A stretch of DNA of 64,000 nucleotides from Candidatus Hydrogenedentota bacterium. GTDB taxonomy: Bacteria; Hydrogenedentota; Hydrogenedentia; Hydrogenedentales; SLHB01. Shown piece after piece: positions 61,570 to 64,000 of this stretch. The stretch spans positions 64,001 through 128,000 of the forward strand of contig CAVUWV010000008.1 in the NCBI GenBank assembly GCA_963745075.1, in the 5' to 3' direction. Under the pieces are notes generated by a model. It was not told where the DNA came from, did no database searches, and saw nothing but the letters and a program-made list of their open reading frames with translations. Position numbers and translations under genes: made by a program. Each line of letters opens with the position of its first letter. Position 1 is the stretch's first letter.

Positions 61570-63660
61570 GTGAGCGTGAACGTTTTGGCCACGATTCCGA
61601 AAGATGACGAGTCGCCTACCCTTCTTCTAACTGATCCCGTCACCGCCTTGCCCGGAGTTGGTGACAAACGGGCGGATCTCCTCCACAATCTCGACATCGT
61701 GACGGTTCGGGATCTGCTGTTTCTTTTTCCGCGGGACTATCAGGATCGGCGGACGATTGAGTCCATTGCCTCCATCGCCGAGGGCGACACGGTCACCATC
61801 GAGGCGGAGGTGGTGAAGGCGCGTCCGGTGCGGTTGCGGCGGCGGTTGTCGATGGCGGAGGTGACGTTGCGTGACGACTCCGGCGAGATTCGAGCCGTGT
61901 GGTTTGGGCAGGACTACCTCGTTCGGGTGTTGAAGCCGGGGGCGCGGGGATTCTTCACGGGAACGGCGGGGAAATGGAACGGCGTCGCACTGCGCAATCC
62001 GGAGTACGAACTGCAAACCGGCGACGAAGACGACTTGCTCAACTCCGGTTGCATCGTGCCGGTGTACCGGCTGACGGATGGCGTGAGCCAACGAATGCTG
62101 CGTCGACTCGTGCGCACCGCGTTGGACCTTGTGGAGCCGTTGCCGGATACGCTGCCGGCGCGGTTGCGTGAAACACACGCGTTTCCCCACGCGAACGATG
62201 CGATTCGTGCCGTTCATTTTCCCGACGAGATCGAAACCGGGCCCGCGGCGCGGAGCCGGTTCGCCTACGAGGAATTGCTCGGCATTCAGATTGGCGTACT
62301 GAGCGCGCGTACGAAACGGCATCAGGAGCAGAAGCGGAACCGCCACGTTGTCGATGGCGCACATCTGCGGGACCTGCGCGCGGCGTTGCCCTTCCCGTTG
62401 ACCAAAGGCCAGGAACGCGCGGTTGACGATATTCTCGACGACCTGGGGTCGCATCGTCCGATGGTGCGCTTATTGCAGGGCGACGTGGGTTGTGGCAAAA
62501 CCGTCGTTGCGCTGCACGCCATCGCAGCGGCGTGCGACGGCGGCTATCAGGCGGCGTTGATGGCGCCCACCGAGATCCTCGCGGAACAACATGGGATCAG
62601 TCTGCGCGAGTTGTTCGCGCCGTTGGGACTGGAAGTTGCCGTGTTGACCGGGTCGACCAACCACGCGAATGACGTGCGTGAACAGGTCGCGTCCGGCGCA
62701 TGTCATGTTGTCGTGGGCACGCATGCGCTCATTCAGGAAAAGACGCGATTTCACAACCTCGGTCTCGTGATCATCGACGAGCAGCACCGGTTCGGTGTTG
62801 TCCAGCGCAGCACGCTGGTGGAAAAGGGCTATGAGCCTGAATTGCTGCACATGACCGCGACGCCGATCCCCCGGACGTTGGCGATTACGGTGTACGGGGG
62901 CATGGATATATCCGTCATTGACGAGTTGCCGCCGGGCCGCACACCGGTCAAGACGCGGCGGATCACGCCGGCGAAAGTGCCCGATCTCTACAGCTACATC
63001 TCCAAACAGGCGGCGAAAGGGTTGCAGACGTACTACGTGTGCCCCCTCGTCGAAGAATCGGCGGCAAAGCAACTCACTGCGGTCACGAAACATTTCGAGG
63101 AACTGTCCGCCGGGCCGCTGGAAGGATTGCGGACGGGACTGATCCACGGGCGCATGGCGTCGCCGGAGAAGGATTACGTGATGCACCGGTTCAAACGCGG
63201 TGAGGTGGACGTCCTGTTTAGTACCACCGTAATCGAAGTGGGCATCGACTGTCCCAACGCCACGACCATGGTCATCGAAGACGCGGCGCAATTCGGTCTG
63301 ACGCAGTTGCACCAGTTGCGCGGGCGCGTGGGCCGGGGCGCGGCACAGTCGCATTGCTTCTTGCTCGGTAAACCCAAGACCAAAGACGGCAAGAAGCGTC
63401 TGGACGTTCTTTGCGCGTCGTCGAGCGGGTTCGACATTGCGGAAGCCGATCTCGAACTGCGCGGCCCCGGGGAATTCCAGGGGTTGCGGCAGGCGGGTCT
63501 AAGCGATCTGCGCGTGGCCGATTTGGTGCGGGACGTGCGTCTGCTGGATGCCGCCCGCCGCGACGCGCAAAGCATCCTGGAAGCGGACCCCGGGCTGACC
63601 CGGTCAGAGCACGTCGCCTTGGCCGAAACTGCGCGCAGCTTTGAATCCGTGTATACGTGA
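61570..63660 (+). CDS. recG: ATP-dependent DNA helicase RecG (start approximate)
   Basis: GVGDKRA, PRDYQDR, RLLQGDVGCGKT, MAPTEILAEQH, IIDEQHRFG, MTATPIPR, QLHQLRGRVGRG, DLELRGPGE. Confidence 0.96.
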   Translation: MSVNVLATIPKDDESPTLLLTDPVTALPGVGDKRADLLHNLDIVTVRDLLFLFPRDYQDRRTIESIASIAEGDTVTIEAEVVKARPVRLRRRLSMAEVTLRDDSGEIRAVWFGQDYLVRVLKPGARGFFTGTAGKWNGVALRNPEYELQTGDEDDLLNSGCIVPVYRLTDGVSQRMLRRLVRTALDLVEPLPDTLPARLRETHAFPHANDAIRAVHFPDEIETGPAARSRFAYEELLGIQIGVLSARTKRHQEQKRNRHVVDGAHLRDLRAALPFPLTKGQERAVDDILDDLGSHRPMVRLLQGDVGCGKTVVALHAIAAACDGGYQAALMAPTEILAEQHGISLRELFAPLGLEVAVLTGSTNHANDVREQVASGACHVVVGTHALIQEKTRFHNLGLVIIDEQHRFGVVQRSTLVEKGYEPELLHMTATPIPRTLAITVYGGMDISVIDELPPGRTPVKTRRITPAKVPDLYSYISKQAAKGLQTYYVCPLVEESAAKQLTAVTKHFEELSAGPLEGLRTGLIHGRMASPEKDYVMHRFKRGEVDVLFSTTVIEVGIDCPNATTMVIEDAAQFGLTQLHQLRGRVGRGAAQSHCFLLGKPKTKDGKKRLDVLCASSSGFDIAEADLELRGPGEFQGLRQAGLSDLRVADLVRDVRLLDAARRDAQSILEADPGLTRSEHVALAETARSFESVYT

Positions 63661-64000
63661 TCGGACAAATCCGAATGATTTGTGTGCACAATACGTACAC
63701 AATTGATTTCGCAGTCGAATCGGCATATTCAGGCGAAACTCCCTGTTACTGAGGCTTTTTCGCCGGAAGTGGTAACTGGTCGCGTCTGGTACGCCGGGCC
63801 GCCTCGGCCGAGGGCGTACCGATTGTGCGCACCTATTTGGCGATTCCTGCCTCCATGTCCCATACGTGCGCACAATGGCCCGTTTCTGTCCCCTGCGGCG
63901 GCGCGCCACCAATGAGGCGTCGAACCAACCTGTGGCACATCGCTCGCTCATAGCGGGGCGATCCGCCTTCTCGTACATGAATTGGCATCGTCTTTGCGTC

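Overview
GC-rich bacterial chromosomal window of mostly accessory genes. The gene content (DUF1559/H-X9-DG prepilin-like protein, PSD1/DUF1549-DUF1553 plus DUF1501 pair, DWG-type Ser/Thr kinase with WD40 repeats, giant ECF sigma fusion, dockerin-tipped secreted enzyme) suggests a Hydrogenedentes- or Planctomycetes-like organism; this is inference only. It holds an intact IS1202-family element (149-1735, 16-bp target duplication), surface-glycan genes, prpB-prpC, an NAD kinase, panE, recG and several REP-like palindromes. The most striking region is 59847-61495. A tRNA-like cloverleaf with a 5-bp acceptor stem, C33 and no CCA sits inside a ~400-nt nested RNA structure, directly upstream of a soluble SPFH ('slipin') gene with a triplicated N-terminal module and its own terminator, with no rtcB/rtcR/Ro60 in the window. 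Other leads are a CxxC/RDPP leader-peptide gene in front of a Met-rich pseudopilin (possible copper-sensing ribosome-stalling unit), a candidate ~215-nt ncRNA at 1844-2058, and a doubly deleted ECF sigma/anti-sigma fusion. Several genes carry frameshifts repairable by removing single bases, probably assembly errors. All calls come from motif reading by eye; no searches were run.
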